Both the position numbers and the translations under genes were made by a program. Below the pieces are notes generated by a model that was not told the DNA's origin, ran no database searches, and saw only the letters and a list, made by a program, of their open reading frames with translations. Source: an uncultured Planctomycetaceae bacterium (GTDB taxonomy: Bacteria > Planctomycetota > Phycisphaerae > SM23-33). Taken from it: a DNA stretch of 34,557 nucleotides. Location of the stretch: NCBI GenBank assembly GCA_964449105.1, contig CAYUYD010000002.1, positions 1 to 34,557 of the forward strand, given 5' to 3'. This document shows, piece by piece, positions 33,187-34,557 of the stretch (positions are counted from its first letter, which is position 1; each line of letters starts with the position of its first letter).

Positions 33187-34377
33187 ATGCTAATAGTCGC
33201 CCCCGGGGGACGCTTGCGGTTTCGTCGGAGGTTGTCTAATCTGACCGTCGTGGACCTCCGCCCCGTAAAACTGGACATCTACCGCACAGCGATTCCCATG
33301 CGGTCCTTCGAGCACGCAGCCGCTGCGCGAGAATCGGCGGAGGCGATTATTGTAAGGCTGGAATTATCCGACGGCAGCGCCGGATGGGGCGAGACGCTCC
33401 CTCGAAAATATGTTACCGGCGAGACGCCGGGCAGCGTCATCGACGACTTGACCGAAATACTTTGGCCGGTTTGGCGGGAAATAACCGTAAACCCGGTAAC
33501 ACTGGGCGACGTGCAAGGTCTTCACGTTCCCGCCCCCGACGACCGATGCATAAACGCCGCCACCTGCGCAATCGAGTTGGCCTACCTCCGGGGGGCATTT
33601 CGGCCTCTGCGTAAACGTCCCATACGGGCAAGAGTTTCCGGCGTTCTGGGTTCGTCCGACCCGACCATGACGGTAAAACGTCTGCGGATGATGCGCCTCT
33701 TTGGGCTGCGAGATTTCAAACTCAAACTAGGCCTCGGCGAAGAAATCGACGCCGAGAACCTCCGCATTGTGCAAAAGCGAATCGGAAATGCGATTGGCGT
33801 GGGCAAATGTTCGCTCCGCGTCGATGTCAATGGCGGATGGTCGGCGGATGAAACGCCTGAACGAGTGGCTGCGTTGAAGCAATTTGGCGTTTGCGTCGTC
33901 GAGCAGCCGGTCTTCGGGCCGGCGGAGATGCTGGTTGAACTGTCCCAACGATGCGAACTGCCCCTAATGGCCGATGAATCATTGATTACAATTGCCGACG
34001 CCGATAAATTTATCGGGGCGCCAGGAAAGAAGGTCTGGTGGAACATTCGTATCAGCAAGGACGGCGGGCTTCGCCGATCCATAGACCTGGCCGCTACGGC
34101 GGCGCAACACGGCGTGCCGTTCACCATCGGATGCATGGTCGGAGAAAGCGGCATACTATCAGCCGCTCAACGGGTGCTGCTGGCGAACTGCCCGCCGCCG
34201 AAATTCGTCGAGGGAAACTATGGCAGATTCCTCCTCGCCGACGATCTGACGAAACCGAGCCTCCGGTTCGGATACGGTGGAAGGCTCAAACCCCTCCAGG
34301 GTCTCGGCATTGGCGTGGAGGTGGACGATAAAAAAATCGCTCGCTACGGAACGCTGATTAAAACCCTCCACGCATGA
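33187..34377 (+). CDS. Enolase-superfamily enzyme, muconate-lactonizing-enzyme subgroup (dipeptide epimerase / N-acylamino-acid racemase-like)
   Basis: KxK motif (FKLKLGLG), metal ligands in DVNGGW, VEQPV and MADES, and a second catalytic Lys in IRISKDGG. The start is uncertain: the ATG at 33187 lacks an RBS, and the alternative is GTG at 33250. Confidence 0.8.
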   Translation: MLIVAPGGRLRFRRRLSNLTVVDLRPVKLDIYRTAIPMRSFEHAAAARESAEAIIVRLELSDGSAGWGETLPRKYVTGETPGSVIDDLTEILWPVWREITVNPVTLGDVQGLHVPAPDDRCINAATCAIELAYLRGAFRPLRKRPIRARVSGVLGSSDPTMTVKRLRMMRLFGLRDFKLKLGLGEEIDAENLRIVQKRIGNAIGVGKCSLRVDVNGGWSADETPERVAALKQFGVCVVEQPVFGPAEMLVELSQRCELPLMADESLITIADADKFIGAPGKKVWWNIRISKDGGLRRSIDLAATAAQHGVPFTIGCMVGESGILSAAQRVLLANCPPPKFVEGNYGRFLLADDLTKPSLRFGYGGRLKPLQGLGIGVEVDDKKIARYGTLIKTLHA

Positions 34378-34418
34378 GTCGGTGGATTTGTGCAAAAGTT
34401 CGTTGAAGGCACAGATGA

Positions 34419-34470
34419 ATTCGTGTACCTTATCTGCATTCGTGTAATTCGTCTGTATTCGTGTAATTCA
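34419..34470. repeat. ATTCGTGTA short tandem/dispersed repeats upstream of metK
   Basis: ATTCGTGTA occurs at 34419, 34438 and 34457, with a degenerate ATTCGTCTGT at 34447. The block ends 17 nt before the metK GTG. Confidence 0.7.
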
Positions 34471-34487
34471 TGGAAAAGGAGCATAAC

Positions 34488-34557
34488 GTGCCGGCATTAG
34501 GTCGAAACATTCCGAGACACCTTTTTACCAGCGAGTCAGTTACGAAGGGACATCCCG
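34488..34557 (+). CDS. metK: S-adenosylmethionine synthetase, 5' end only (3'-partial at window edge)
   Basis: GTG start with AAAGGAG 8 nt upstream. The translation MPALGRNIPRHLFTSESVTKGHP contains the conserved MetK N-terminal LFTSESVxxGHPDK signature. Confidence 0.8.
   Translation, partial: MPALGRNIPRHLFTSESVTKGHP

Noticed and set aside
34378-34487. A SAM riboswitch in the metK leader.
   Set aside because: I could not recognise a conserved SAM-I core, and the leader is only about 110 nt and dominated by a short tandem repeat. A covariance-model scan is needed for a definitive answer.

Overview
This is a GC-rich bacterial chromosomal window. A prepilin-type DUF1559-like protein, a PEP-CTERM protein and GC-rich palindromic intergenic elements suggest a PVC-superphylum (Planctomycetota/Phycisphaerae-like) origin, but that is only a guess. 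About 1-21.5 kb is a Wzx/Wzy-type surface-glycan locus. It holds a 5'-partial CapD/WbpM-type dehydratase, three DegT-family PLP enzymes, one GT2, three intact GT4 transferases, a WecA/WbpL-family initiating transferase, one Wzy_C (O-antigen ligase/polymerase family) membrane protein, a Wzx flippase, one intact methyltransferase, one methyltransferase broken by an in-frame TAG, a PEP-CTERM secreted protein, and a WbpB/WbpD/WbpE plus 2-epimerase set for UDP-2,3-diacetamido-2,3-dideoxy-hexuronic acid. Next come a TetR-MFP-RND efflux operon (21.5-26.5 kb) and an isolated leuB. After those are a WbuX/WbpG-HisH-HisF acetamidino-sugar module, a CYTH protein, an MFS transporter, an enolase-superfamily (MLE subgroup) enzyme and the first codons of metK. 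I saw no tRNA, rRNA, CRISPR array, transposase or integrase. I did not find a cluster of unknown-function genes that clearly forms a new system. The most interesting signals are: (1) the glycan locus may be a protein (pseudopilin/PEP-CTERM) O-glycosylation system rather than an O-antigen/EPS locus; (2) recombination scars, namely a duplicated wzx 3' tail flanking a methyltransferase cassette and a GT4 C-terminal remnant; (3) the diacetamido-uronic-acid pathway is split from its amidotransferase module by an efflux operon; (4) several families of short intergenic repeats. All functional calls come from motif recognition by eye, because no searches could be run.
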